In this document: piece after piece, positions 28,604 to 36,733 of the stretch
Layout of the letters: every line of letters starts with the position of its first letter
Position numbering within the stretch: the stretch's first letter is position 1
Source of the DNA: a virus
Taxonomy: Duplodnaviria; Heunggongvirae; Uroviricota; Caudoviricetes
Length of the DNA stretch: 64,000 bases
Virus record (IMG/VR): IMGVR_UViG_3300030047_000010
Direction: 5' to 3' (one strand)
Notes under the pieces: generated by a model
Database searches by the model: none
Told to the model about the DNA's origin: nothing
Seen by the model: only the letters and a program-made list of their open reading frames with translations
Position numbers and translations under genes: made by a program

Positions 28604-30520
28604 TTAATCAACAGCAATCCCCTGGCCAGAAGTCAACGCAGCCTTTCGCAGTAACTTAGCTTGCTTACGGGCTTCTTTCTGAGTTAATGCTTCACCAAAT
28701 CTGCGTAAAGCATCCGTTCCTGACTTAGCTCCAAGAACAAGTTTTGGGTGATCAAACGGAATATACAGTAGACGGGTAGGTGCATTAGCAACAACATCAT
28801 CACACATTGTAGCACCAGTAGAAATAACATGACCGCAGCTACAGGTGTGCAGAGGATCATAGTCAGAAGAGACCACGATCACGTTCTTCTGCATAGTAGC
28901 AGCAGACGCAACAAGCATGCTACGCAATGTTCCAGCAGCTAGCTGATGTGTGAACCTGTTGATATTGCGCCGTCGGATAGCGCAGCCACGCCATCTGCGA
29001 GGCTTCTTATCTTTGTCCTTCTCCCCATCTTTCTTTGTCTTTGCCTTTGCCTTGAAACCTTCGTTCAAAGGAATATCTTGAATGACAAATGTAGTTGCTT
29101 CTGATGCTACCCAGGAATGCACAATGTGCCGTCTTAAGTTTGTCAGTATACCAGCACTACGAGCATGCAACATAGATAGCTCAAACTTGGCTTTACGATG
29201 ATTCTTAGATTTCATCCTCACGGAGAACCCACAAGAACACTTAAAAGTGTTAAGATCAGCAACAGCTTCGTCTGAGGCAACTGCGCCACAAATAGGACAA
29301 ACGTGTGTAGTCTTGAACGTCTGGCTAGCTCGCTTATGCAGCTCATACTTACGAGAAACCTCACGCTGCTTCATGACAATAGCGTTTTGATTCTTTTCAT
29401 ACTTCTTAGCCAGAGCGGCACAATTAGGATAGCTAGTTACAGAACGAAGAGCATCAAGACTCCGCATCATCCGGAATCCGGTACTAGTTGTAATAGCGGC
29501 TGGACGAAAATCAAGTGCCATAGTTTTATTAATGTCAACAGGATACAACACAGGACTATGGTTGGTATCAATAGTAATACTAGTCCACCAACGCCCAGTA
29601 CCATCAACTGCTACAGTAATCTGTTGACCTACGGACATCCCAATAACACGCCTAGCTGAGATAGCCTGTGTAATTTCTTTGGCTGATCCCGTGAGAATGT
29701 CAACATAAGCACAAAATTGAACAGTAAGTGCAGGGGTAATCTTAAGATTACCTAGTTTACCATTGATAAATGCGGAAGGTTTCTGCGCCTCTAAAATAAA
29801 GCTAGAGGTACGAGATCTGAAATTCGGGAAGTTCTCTACCTTTTGAACAGATTCCGGATCTGTGTACGTAACAATGTGTGTTTTAGTAGATTCACGTCTA
29901 CGAGAAACAAGAAAGTTGCCGTCTTTCTTAGAAAGACGATCTGACGTGTAAATGCTTTTCTGTGCTTGGCTAAGGCGTTTGGCTACTGTCGAATTAAATG
30001 TAGTCGCTGGAATTCCCAAACTTGCGTCATAAGCAGGGTGTGACTTATTCAAGCGCCGAATAGCACCAGCAAGAACAGTCATGTCCTCTCTAGAGAGACG
30101 TGGCCAGATCTTTTTCTCATATTCTGTGCGCATTTTTGCTAAACCTAAAACAAACGTATCATGTTTGCCACGCATCTTCTCTAGGCTATCCAGAATCTTA
30201 TTTTGTTTACATTGTGTGCCTGGCCGTTTTTGCAGCTCTTCCAACTCCAAAGTAAGAATAGCTTGTTTCTTCTCAGTATCACTAAGAAGAGCCAGTACGC
30301 GATGCTCTAGCCACACGTCAATGTCACCCATATCAAACAGCATCTTATCCGTAAACAACCATTCAAGCGCATCATTGTACATGCACCGAGTTGCCCAAAG
30401 AAAAGTAAACAACTTGTCTCTCTGATCTTTTGTTGGATACAGCTCAAACTTATAGGACTTAGTCGTTCGCACATCACCCGGAGCAGCGCCCAAGATTGGA
30501 GTCTTTTTGCGAATAGCCAA
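28604..30520 (-). CDS. TnpB/Cas12f-like RNA-guided effector with degenerate RuvC
   Basis: N-terminal KSYKFELYPT...ATRCMYNDAL (IS605 OrfB/TnpB-type); RuvC-I MALDFR; RuvC-II FVIQDI; TCSCGH; adjacent to CRISPR array; TTG start with GGAGA RBS. Confidence 0.85.
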   Translation of the reverse strand: MAIRKKTPILGAAPGDVRTTKSYKFELYPTKDQRDKLFTFLWATRCMYNDALEWLFTDKMLFDMGDIDVWLEHRVLALLSDTEKKQAILTLELEELQKRPGTQCKQNKILDSLEKMRGKHDTFVLGLAKMRTEYEKKIWPRLSREDMTVLAGAIRRLNKSHPAYDASLGIPATTFNSTVAKRLSQAQKSIYTSDRLSKKDGNFLVSRRRESTKTHIVTYTDPESVQKVENFPNFRSRTSSFILEAQKPSAFINGKLGNLKITPALTVQFCAYVDILTGSAKEITQAISARRVIGMSVGQQITVAVDGTGRWWTSITIDTNHSPVLYPVDINKTMALDFRPAAITTSTGFRMMRSLDALRSVTSYPNCAALAKKYEKNQNAIVMKQREVSRKYELHKRASQTFKTTHVCPICGAVASDEAVADLNTFKCSCGFSVRMKSKNHRKAKFELSMLHARSAGILTNLRRHIVHSWVASEATTFVIQDIPLNEGFKAKAKTKKDGEKDKDKKPRRWRGCAIRRRNINRFTHQLAAGTLRSMLVASAATMQKNVIVVSSDYDPLHTCSCGHVISTGATMCDDVVANAPTRLLYIPFDHPKLVLGAKSGTDALRRFGEALTQKEARKQAKLLRKAALTSGQGIAVD

Positions 30521-30546
30521 CGTTCATCTCCAAGTTCAAATAGGGT

Positions 30547-30594
30547 AAAACAAAAAGATCCCTGCCTAGGTTTTATTTCGCACCTAGGCAGGGA
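30547..30594 (-). terminator. intrinsic terminator
   Basis: 12-bp perfect stem TCCCTGCCTAGG/CCTAGGCAGGGA (30559-30594) followed on the minus strand by TCTTTTTGTTTT. Confidence 0.8.
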
Positions 30595-30730
30595 CTTGTG
30601 TGTGAATTTGGCAGCCGTTTCGCTAGGTTACCCTAGCAGCGAAGCCCTCCAGTGAGTTCTTCTTCGGACTGTTAACGAGGACCTGAAATACCCCCCGGCA
30701 TTGATTTAGAGTCGCTGTGCTCGACTTGTA
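30548..30730 (-). ncRNA. candidate tracrRNA/scaffold RNA (~180 nt)
   Basis: Own promoter, GNRA-capped hairpin (30622-30637), 10-nt anti-repeat (30599-30608), terminator; no ORF. Confidence 0.6.
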
Positions 30731-30736
30731 GAACAA

Positions 30737-30764
30737 AATATAGTTCAAAAAATTTGTTTGTCAA
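30737..30764 (-). promoter_or_regulatory. sigma70-type promoter for the candidate tracrRNA
   Basis: TTGACA-N16-TATATT on the minus strand. Confidence 0.7.
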
Positions 30765-30815
30765 GCTTAAATTTTAGTCAAATACAAAATCACGGCGACT
30801 GCCCAATGGTACAAG

Positions 30816-31360
30816 GTTTCAATTCACACATGGGTACAAGCTCCTGGATGTCAATCCAGATATGCGAACTGTAAGAGTTTCAATCCACACAGGGGTACAA
30901 AGTACTACCCAAATTTCTCCGCCAACTAATCTGCCGCCATGTTTCAATTCACACATGGGTACAAAATGCTACTCTGGCCAAAGCCTCTCGCACGACCTAG
31001 CGTTGTTTCAAGTCACACAGGGATGCAAAGTGCTACTTGTCAGGAATTGTCGGAGCGGCTGTCGAGAAGTTTCAATTCACACATGGGTACAAAATGCTAC
31101 GGGCGATCCAACGTCGTTAAGCCTGTCAGCGAGTTTCAATTCACACATGGGTACAAAGTGCTACCCATTAGCTAATGCCTTATTAAGACAATACCTCGTT
31201 TCAATTCACACATGGGTACAAAGTGCTACGAAGGAGCTTGGGTGGGATCGAGGGTATACTCGGTTTCAATTCACACATGGGTACAAAGTGCTACCCGCCT
31301 CAAGCTGTCGGCATGCATGGTCATACTTGTTTCAATTCACACATGGGTACAAAGTGCTAC
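30816..31360 (-). CRISPR. CRISPR array, 9 repeats and 8 spacers
   Basis: 32-nt repeat GTAGCACTTTGTACCCATGTGTGAATTGAAAC (minus sense) at + starts 30816, 30877, 30941, 31005, 31069, 31133, 31198, 31263, 31329; spacers 32-34 nt (about 29 nt next to the eroded terminal repeat); degeneracy increases leftwards. Confidence 0.97.
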
Positions 31361-31434
31361 CGCACTAGGTACAAACACACACTGTCAAAGAGCGAACAGG
31401 AGGTAATTCGCTAACCAACTGCTTCGTATTACGA

Positions 31435-31462
31435 AATATACAAGCAAAGCCAAAAATGTCAA
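31435..31462 (-). promoter_or_regulatory. CRISPR leader promoter
   Basis: TTGACA-N16-TATATT on the minus strand, ~75 nt upstream of the first perfect repeat. Confidence 0.65.
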
Positions 31463-31520
31463 GATAAACTCAAAAATTTCCAAAAATAGTCATCGCTAAC
31501 CTACCGGCATTGACGTGGAA

Positions 31521-31988
31521 CTACAGGTTAGCGATCCCCGAGATCCCCCGCAGTACACTAGTCCAGTCTGGGTACTGCAACGAACCGAAGTTTAGGAGAT
31601 ACCCATGGAACTCGGTCTGCTTATTAGAGTCGCATTTATCATCCACAAGAATGTCCCCGCGTAACAAGCTTTTGTCGTGAGCAATTATTAGGTCTGTACA
31701 AGCATCAAAGCCGAAGTGACGCTCTATGCTCATCCGCTTTTCTGTGTAGCACATGGGATTACGCACAGATGGAGCAGTTAAGAACAAGACACGGTGGCCT
31801 TGCTCTCTAAGAGTGTCATAAGCCTGTAGCGCTCCAGTGATCGGTCGAAGTCCCAGAAAGAATCCTATCTGTGACTGAGGAAAGGGTTGTGCCGGATTAT
31901 CCTCTAGAGCTTGACGGTAGGCCCCTGTAAAGTCAAACAGAGTATCATCCATGTCTATATAGATGGTCAGATATTTTGGCATATGCAT
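31521..31988 (-). CDS. 5'(3')-deoxyribonucleotidase (NT5C-like HAD)
   Basis: IYIDMDDTLFDF, FLTAP, DKSLLRGDILVDD. Confidence 0.85.
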   Translation of the reverse strand: MHMPKYLTIYIDMDDTLFDFTGAYRQALEDNPAQPFPQSQIGFFLGLRPITGALQAYDTLREQGHRVLFLTAPSVRNPMCYTEKRMSIERHFGFDACTDLIIAHDKSLLRGDILVDDKCDSNKQTEFHGYLLNFGSLQYPDWTSVLRGISGIANL

Positions 31989-32082
31989 AATTTACACTGC
32001 GTGGTTTAAGTTGACAAGACTACAAAGTTAACGTATATTTACAAGAAGTCTTCATACAGAGATAGCAACAGAGAGAAGTAAT

Positions 32083-32292
32083 ATGATGCAGCACACACTT
32101 GGTTGTACTTTTGAGGATAGCGTCAGAGAAAGATTCTTTGGCACTATCGGGCAAGGTGAAATTTCGGGAGCCGCCAGCTTTGGACGAGATTCTTCCTCGG
32201 GTAAGGTAGAACTTTCCTTAAGTGATGGATGGACAAGCACTATCTATATGCCGTTCAAGTTCTGTCCAATTTGCGGAGCTAAGCTAGACTAA
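32083..32292 (+). CDS. small Cys-motif hypothetical protein
   Basis: FCPICGAKL terminus, downstream of a TTGACA-N17-TATATT promoter. Confidence 0.5.
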   Translation: MMQHTLGCTFEDSVRERFFGTIGQGEISGAASFGRDSSSGKVELSLSDGWTSTIYMPFKFCPICGAKLD

Positions 32293-32314
32293 AAGTAAGA
32301 GTAAAGGAAATATA

Positions 32315-32824
32315 ATGCATAATGTACTACTTGTCTTCCTGGGTGTACTTGCGGCCTGTGTGACGTTGGGCAGCTTAACAGCTCTGTTCATCCTGTTACT
32401 GCTCTTATTTGGGCAGGACAAGATCATCCTAGGCCCAACTAAGTACAGAACAGTTGGACCTAACTTTGACTGTCATCTTGAGTATGAGTGCCGAAAAACT
32501 TTGTTTGGTATTACTCTACCAGGAACTGATTGGGCACCGGTACCTACGCCTTATTACAATGCTATTGTGGGTAGGAGTGATGTTCACTGTAGTGAAGATG
32601 ATCTATACCTCCATGGAAGCTTATCTTTTATTCAAGATGTAGTAAAACAGTACCCGAGTATTCAAGAATACATGAAAAACTACGAAAAGGATCAAAAAGC
32701 AGTGGAACAATCTGTAAAAGCAGAACACCTATATAGAAGAGGAAGTACCTATGGCATCTCACAAAATCACAGGAACGCTAAGTGTCACCATCTTTGTTCA
32801 CGAAACAGAGCCCATCAAGTGTAG
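32315..32824 (+). CDS. hypothetical membrane-anchored protein
   Basis: N-terminal hydrophobic helix, AAGGA RBS. Confidence 0.55.
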   Translation: MHNVLLVFLGVLAACVTLGSLTALFILLLLLFGQDKIILGPTKYRTVGPNFDCHLEYECRKTLFGITLPGTDWAPVPTPYYNAIVGRSDVHCSEDDLYLHGSLSFIQDVVKQYPSIQEYMKNYEKDQKAVEQSVKAEHLYRRGSTYGISQNHRNAKCHHLCSRNRAHQV

Positions 32825-33009
32825 CATGGGGTGCCCACATATGCACATTGACGATTATGGTAACTGCTCGTGCAGTTACTTCGGTGAGCTTTACGTGCGG
32901 AGTAGTGACATCAGCCCGACACGGGACGAGGCATGTATCAGCGCCTTCGGAATTTAACGTTTAGCCAAGTTGTATCAATAAACCAAGTCAGAGCCAAAGG
33001 AGAAAGTAA

Positions 33010-33492
33010 GTGAAGACGTTGTTTAATACTATCTATGAAGAAATGATCAACGCGGCTAAGAATAAGGATACAGCCCGTGTCCTTATTCTGCGTACACTCA
33101 TCAGCGAGATCAAGGGAATATGCCGCAAGGATGTCAACAGGGATGATGTAATGAATGCCCTGATTAAGGGCGTCAAGCAGCGCGAAGATTCTCTTAGTCA
33201 GTACACCGCTGCAGGTCGTACTGATTTGGCAGAACAGGAAGCTTACCAGATCAGCGTACTCAAGGAATTTCTTCCTCAGCAGATGTCTGAAGAAGCTGTT
33301 CGTGCTTTGGTTGTTGCTACTGTGGACAATCTGTTCGCAGGAATGGAGAAGAACAAGAAACTGATGGGTGCTGTCATGAAGGAACTTGGTCCGCAACTCA
33401 AGGGCGCTGTCATGGAGGAACTTGGTCCGCAACTCAAGGGCAAGGCCGACATGAAGTTTGTCAACAAGCTGCTCTCTGAACTGCTTAGCTAA
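33010..33492 (+). CDS. yqeY: GatB/YqeY domain protein
   Basis: LRTLISEIK...KQREDSLSQYTAAGRTDLAEQE...LKEFLPQQMSEE...MGAVMKEL...KGKADMK. Confidence 0.9.
   Translation: MKTLFNTIYEEMINAAKNKDTARVLILRTLISEIKGICRKDVNRDDVMNALIKGVKQREDSLSQYTAAGRTDLAEQEAYQISVLKEFLPQQMSEEAVRALVVATVDNLFAGMEKNKKLMGAVMKELGPQLKGAVMEELGPQLKGKADMKFVNKLLSELLS
33367..33438 (+). repeat. 36-bp in-frame tandem duplication
   Basis: GAVMKELGPQLK / GAVMEELGPQLK; 2 nt differences. Confidence 0.9.
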
Positions 33493-35111
33493 GAAACTGT
33501 ACCCAAGACCCAAGCATCTGTGTCTACATCAAACACACGGTATGCCAGTCCTGGGTGCTCTAGGGAATTATCAAAAATGATAAAGCCATCATGATTTTTG
33601 CGGACAGCCTCAAAGTATAACTGATTCTGCTCTAGAAAATCGGCAGGCGTTGTATCCATCACATCTAATAAATCGTCCCAGTCATACTCTGTAGCAAACA
33701 ACTCATTGTATATAGCAACTAAGTCTTCTTCATGTGCGGGATTATTCATGCGCAAGTAGGCACAGTGCGTAATGTGTCCGAACTCACGAGTATTTCTAAG
33801 ATCCGGTGTCCACCAATCATCGTCGCGCAGTTCTTCGTCCCCACCGTGAAACAGTAAAAGCGGCTTTCCTACTTCATCTCTAATCAACCCAGCAAGCGAC
33901 CACCGTTCAAACTCTGCCAGCTCTGCCTCGTCTAGATCCTCTAAAGAGGGGATCCTGTGATTAGCCGCAGTAATCCCAATAGAATTATGTAGCATATCGT
34001 TAGAAGCCAGGGCAGAACCTGAGTCAGTCGCAGTATTCGCAGTATTCTTCGGTAGGTACCAAATAAGTGACTTGCGATAAGCATTGATATTTTTAACAAC
34101 CCACTCGACACAAGCACGGCAATTCTTTTCAGCATTAAATCCATAAGTAGCAGAATTAGGCACTTCGGATGACGTGCGAAAAGCATACGAACCATCAGTT
34201 GCGAGTACGGCATAATCGTCATCAGACTGATACTCGTAATTCTCTACAGGAGCTGGAACAATAGGCACAACCCACTCTATATGAGGACCCCAGAATATGA
34301 TTTGGTCCTCCTCATCACCAGAGTGATAAGCAGACACACCTGAAGTTTGAAATAATACAAGCTCCTTGCCATATTTTGCAACACCTCGCTGCCAATTCTT
34401 GCGCATAGTCTTAACATCAAAGCCAAAATTATACCCAGTATGTCCATATCGAGCCTCATCTGACTTGAGTCTTGTTAATCCTAAGGAGTAAGCGTCAGGT
34501 TCACCATGCATAAAACCATGAGATGCAATAGAACGAGCATCTGAGCAGAAGTGACCTACCCATGTGTTTCTAGGGAGAAGCTTACCGTGATTATTCAAAC
34601 TAAAATTTACAGATGAATCACTTTCGTCATCTTCCCGGATCGCTTGCCGCAAGCGATCTTCCGATGTATTCTTAAGAAACTCCTCAACAGCACCAGGGGA
34701 AGGCACATACTTATCTTCTAAAATTGCATCAAACAGATCATTTCTATCTGGAGATGCAGTACCAGAAGCATCTACAAGTTTTTGATACTCAGCTTTATTG
34801 TTATCTTGACAGTACTTAAAATAAAGAGCAGCAGGACCCCACTCATGAATAAGATATACATCATGCTTTAGGTCTCTCTCTGCCAAAGCACCACGAAGGA
34901 AATCATTCTCCCTACTATACTTAGCCTCAACACAAATATGAGGAACACAGCAAGTATGCAGCACAGAGATAAGGGATGTTGTATTGGAGGCATACTCGGA
35001 AGGGCCAGCAACCGAAATGTCACGTATCTTAGACATTTCAGTGGCATAAGCAACAATATAAGGTACATTATGCTTAGATAAAATACTAGACACAGCAGCA
35101 GTACTACTCAT
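33489..35111 (-). CDS. multi-domain protein with ART-like modules
   Basis: C-terminal IRDEVGKPLLLFHG...YLRMNNP...HDGFII resembles ART-PolyVal; central GHF...GYNFGF...KYG...YHSGDEEDQIIFWG is a second probable ART-like fold. Confidence 0.55.
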   Translation of the reverse strand: MSSTAAVSSILSKHNVPYIVAYATEMSKIRDISVAGPSEYASNTTSLISVLHTCCVPHICVEAKYSRENDFLRGALAERDLKHDVYLIHEWGPAALYFKYCQDNNKAEYQKLVDASGTASPDRNDLFDAILEDKYVPSPGAVEEFLKNTSEDRLRQAIREDDESDSSVNFSLNNHGKLLPRNTWVGHFCSDARSIASHGFMHGEPDAYSLGLTRLKSDEARYGHTGYNFGFDVKTMRKNWQRGVAKYGKELVLFQTSGVSAYHSGDEEDQIIFWGPHIEWVVPIVPAPVENYEYQSDDDYAVLATDGSYAFRTSSEVPNSATYGFNAEKNCRACVEWVVKNINAYRKSLIWYLPKNTANTATDSGSALASNDMLHNSIGITAANHRIPSLEDLDEAELAEFERWSLAGLIRDEVGKPLLLFHGGDEELRDDDWWTPDLRNTREFGHITHCAYLRMNNPAHEEDLVAIYNELFATEYDWDDLLDVMDTTPADFLEQNQLYFEAVRKNHDGFIIFDNSLEHPGLAYRVFDVDTDAWVLGTVS

Positions 35112-35493
35112 GGTACTTACACCTAATTCGTAGAGTTATTCCGGATGTCAACCAGCTAAATGTCCAATCTTGCGCATATGTATCCAAAGGAATGTAAAAC
35201 AAAGCGGGTATCACGGTTCTATAGGTTGAATCACCGCGATGTTCTAATAAAACACGAAGTCTGTTACCTAGAATGAAAAGCTTTTCATATGTTTTCTTAG
35301 CTGCTGGGACACTATCCCGAGCAGGATCATAGGTGACAGATACGCTAAAACGTAACCAGGCAAGCATAAATGTATGTGTTATTAAAAAAGCTATGATAGT
35401 TGGTGTAATAACACATTGACCAGCCCACCAAAACATAAGATTAACACGAAGTCGGCTCGTGATACGAAGCGTAAGCTGTGTTGCATCTTTCAT
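35104..35493 (-). CDS. hypothetical protein (late-type)
   Basis: 129-aa ORF with TAACTTCT-N4-ATG. Confidence 0.55.
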   Translation of the reverse strand: MKDATQLTLRITSRLRVNLMFWWAGQCVITPTIIAFLITHTFMLAWLRFSVSVTYDPARDSVPAAKKTYEKLFILGNRLRVLLEHRGDSTYRTVIPALFYIPLDTYAQDWTFSWLTSGITLRIRCKYHE

Positions 35494-35541
35494 ACTAAGA
35501 AGTTAATTGACAAAAGGCTCTGTTTACTGTATATTCAAAGT

Positions 35542-36144
35542 ATGCTGCAACCTCAAGACCTCGGGCTTTTGGGCTACCTTATTACGTCAGGAGGAACAGA
35601 GCCTACAAGCCATGGCGATAAAGCAGAAGCTATCTACTACTGTGCCACAACAGAAATAGAATTACTTGAAAGCCTGGAACGGTTACTTACGGGTCACTTG
35701 GTATCTAAAGTAACAGGACGAGTATTCTCAAGCAACACGAAAGACGTACTAAGAGCTGTTCCCTATGTCTATCCTGGCGCGGTCACTGAGAACTCAGTTC
35801 TTGGCCTACCTACAGCATGGTCACAGAGCACCATAGCAGATCTATCACATATAGTATCAGGCACACCTATTGTGTGGGAATATGCAGTAGAAACAGAAGT
35901 ACCTGCAAGAATAACAGGCATAAGCGTTGAGCCTCTGTTCAAAACTGTGCCAATCGTAGCTACGCGCAGTCCTGATTTGTATATATGGTTAAGCCTACTA
36001 GATTGCCTGCGCTATGGCAAGGCCAGAGAAGTAAACTTTGCCCTGAATGGCATTGATGTGTTACTGAGGGAGTATGATAGAGCCATTTCGCAGGATGAGA
36101 CAGACGAAAATTATGAAAACATGTTATGTGATCTAATCAACTAA
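35542..36144 (+). CDS. AbiEi/type IV antitoxin-like protein
   Basis: MLQPQDL..., GLPTAWS, PIVW, VEPLFKTVP, LSLLDCLRYGKARE resemble a family usually paired with nucleotidyltransferase toxins; ATG 6 nt after a perfect TTGACA-N17-TATATT. Confidence 0.5.
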   Translation: MLQPQDLGLLGYLITSGGTEPTSHGDKAEAIYYCATTEIELLESLERLLTGHLVSKVTGRVFSSNTKDVLRAVPYVYPGAVTENSVLGLPTAWSQSTIADLSHIVSGTPIVWEYAVETEVPARITGISVEPLFKTVPIVATRSPDLYIWLSLLDCLRYGKAREVNFALNGIDVLLREYDRAISQDETDENYENMLCDLIN

Positions 36145-36288
36145 AGATTAAATGCGACTGATCAAAATTAAAAAAGCAGAACAACGCGAAGAACAACAAG
36201 CCGAGGATGAGCAGGAACCAAAAGAAAAACGTACACAGAATACTGCATACGTTCAGGTAGGCTCAAGAATGCTTGAAAGAAATATTAG

Positions 36289-36723
36289 CTAGCGTATCGG
36301 TGGCAGTTTATTAAACTCAGAACGCTGTGATGCCGATATCTTTTTAGCATACTTCTGCCAGATAGCTTTAGCGACTTCTTTGTAGACTTGTTTCGCGTCT
36401 TTACCTCGGGTAACCGAAGTTTTCTGTAGATTCTCAAAGATAGATTTGAGTTCTGCAAACTCAATATCAGTAAGTCCCGGAGCGGTATCTGCCGTTTGGC
36501 TATCAGGAACACCGAACCCCTGCGCCCTAGGAGCATCAGCATTTGGTAAAGGTGCGCTCTGCGGCTCAGGGCCGTTTTCATCAACAGGAGGAGCAGCATC
36601 CTTAACAGGAGCAGCCATTGTACCACTCTGTGTCGGCTCACCAGATTTAGCAGGTGCCATAGGGTCATTAGCATCGGCTATGGCGATACTGTGGTATGGA
36701 AGATCAGTTGGAACGCGAATCAT
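36289..36723 (-). CDS. hypothetical Pro/Ala-rich protein
   Basis: 144-aa ORF, GAGGAG RBS. Confidence 0.6.
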   Translation of the reverse strand: MIRVPTDLPYHSIAIADANDPMAPAKSGEPTQSGTMAAPVKDAAPPVDENGPEPQSAPLPNADAPRAQGFGVPDSQTADTAPGLTDIEFAELKSIFENLQKTSVTRGKDAKQVYKEVAKAIWQKYAKKISASQRSEFNKLPPIR

Positions 36724-36733
36724 AGGTAACTCC

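Noticed and set aside
28604-30520. Ordinary IS200/IS605 or IS607 element with tnpB
   Set aside because: No tnpA (Y1 or serine transposase) nearby and no IS-end hairpin recognised at the 3' end. The gene is enlarged, RuvC-degenerate and flanked by an array and an anti-repeat RNA.
30848-31328. Self-targeting spacers
   Set aside because: I noticed no protospacer match in the window, but a by-eye search is not exhaustive; alignment to the full genome is needed.
30862-31414. ORFs 30862-31368, 30939-31175, 31212-31406 and 31223-31414
   Set aside because: They are read-through of CRISPR repeats (periodic SIHTWVQ/FNSHMGTK/FQFTHGYK), not proteins.
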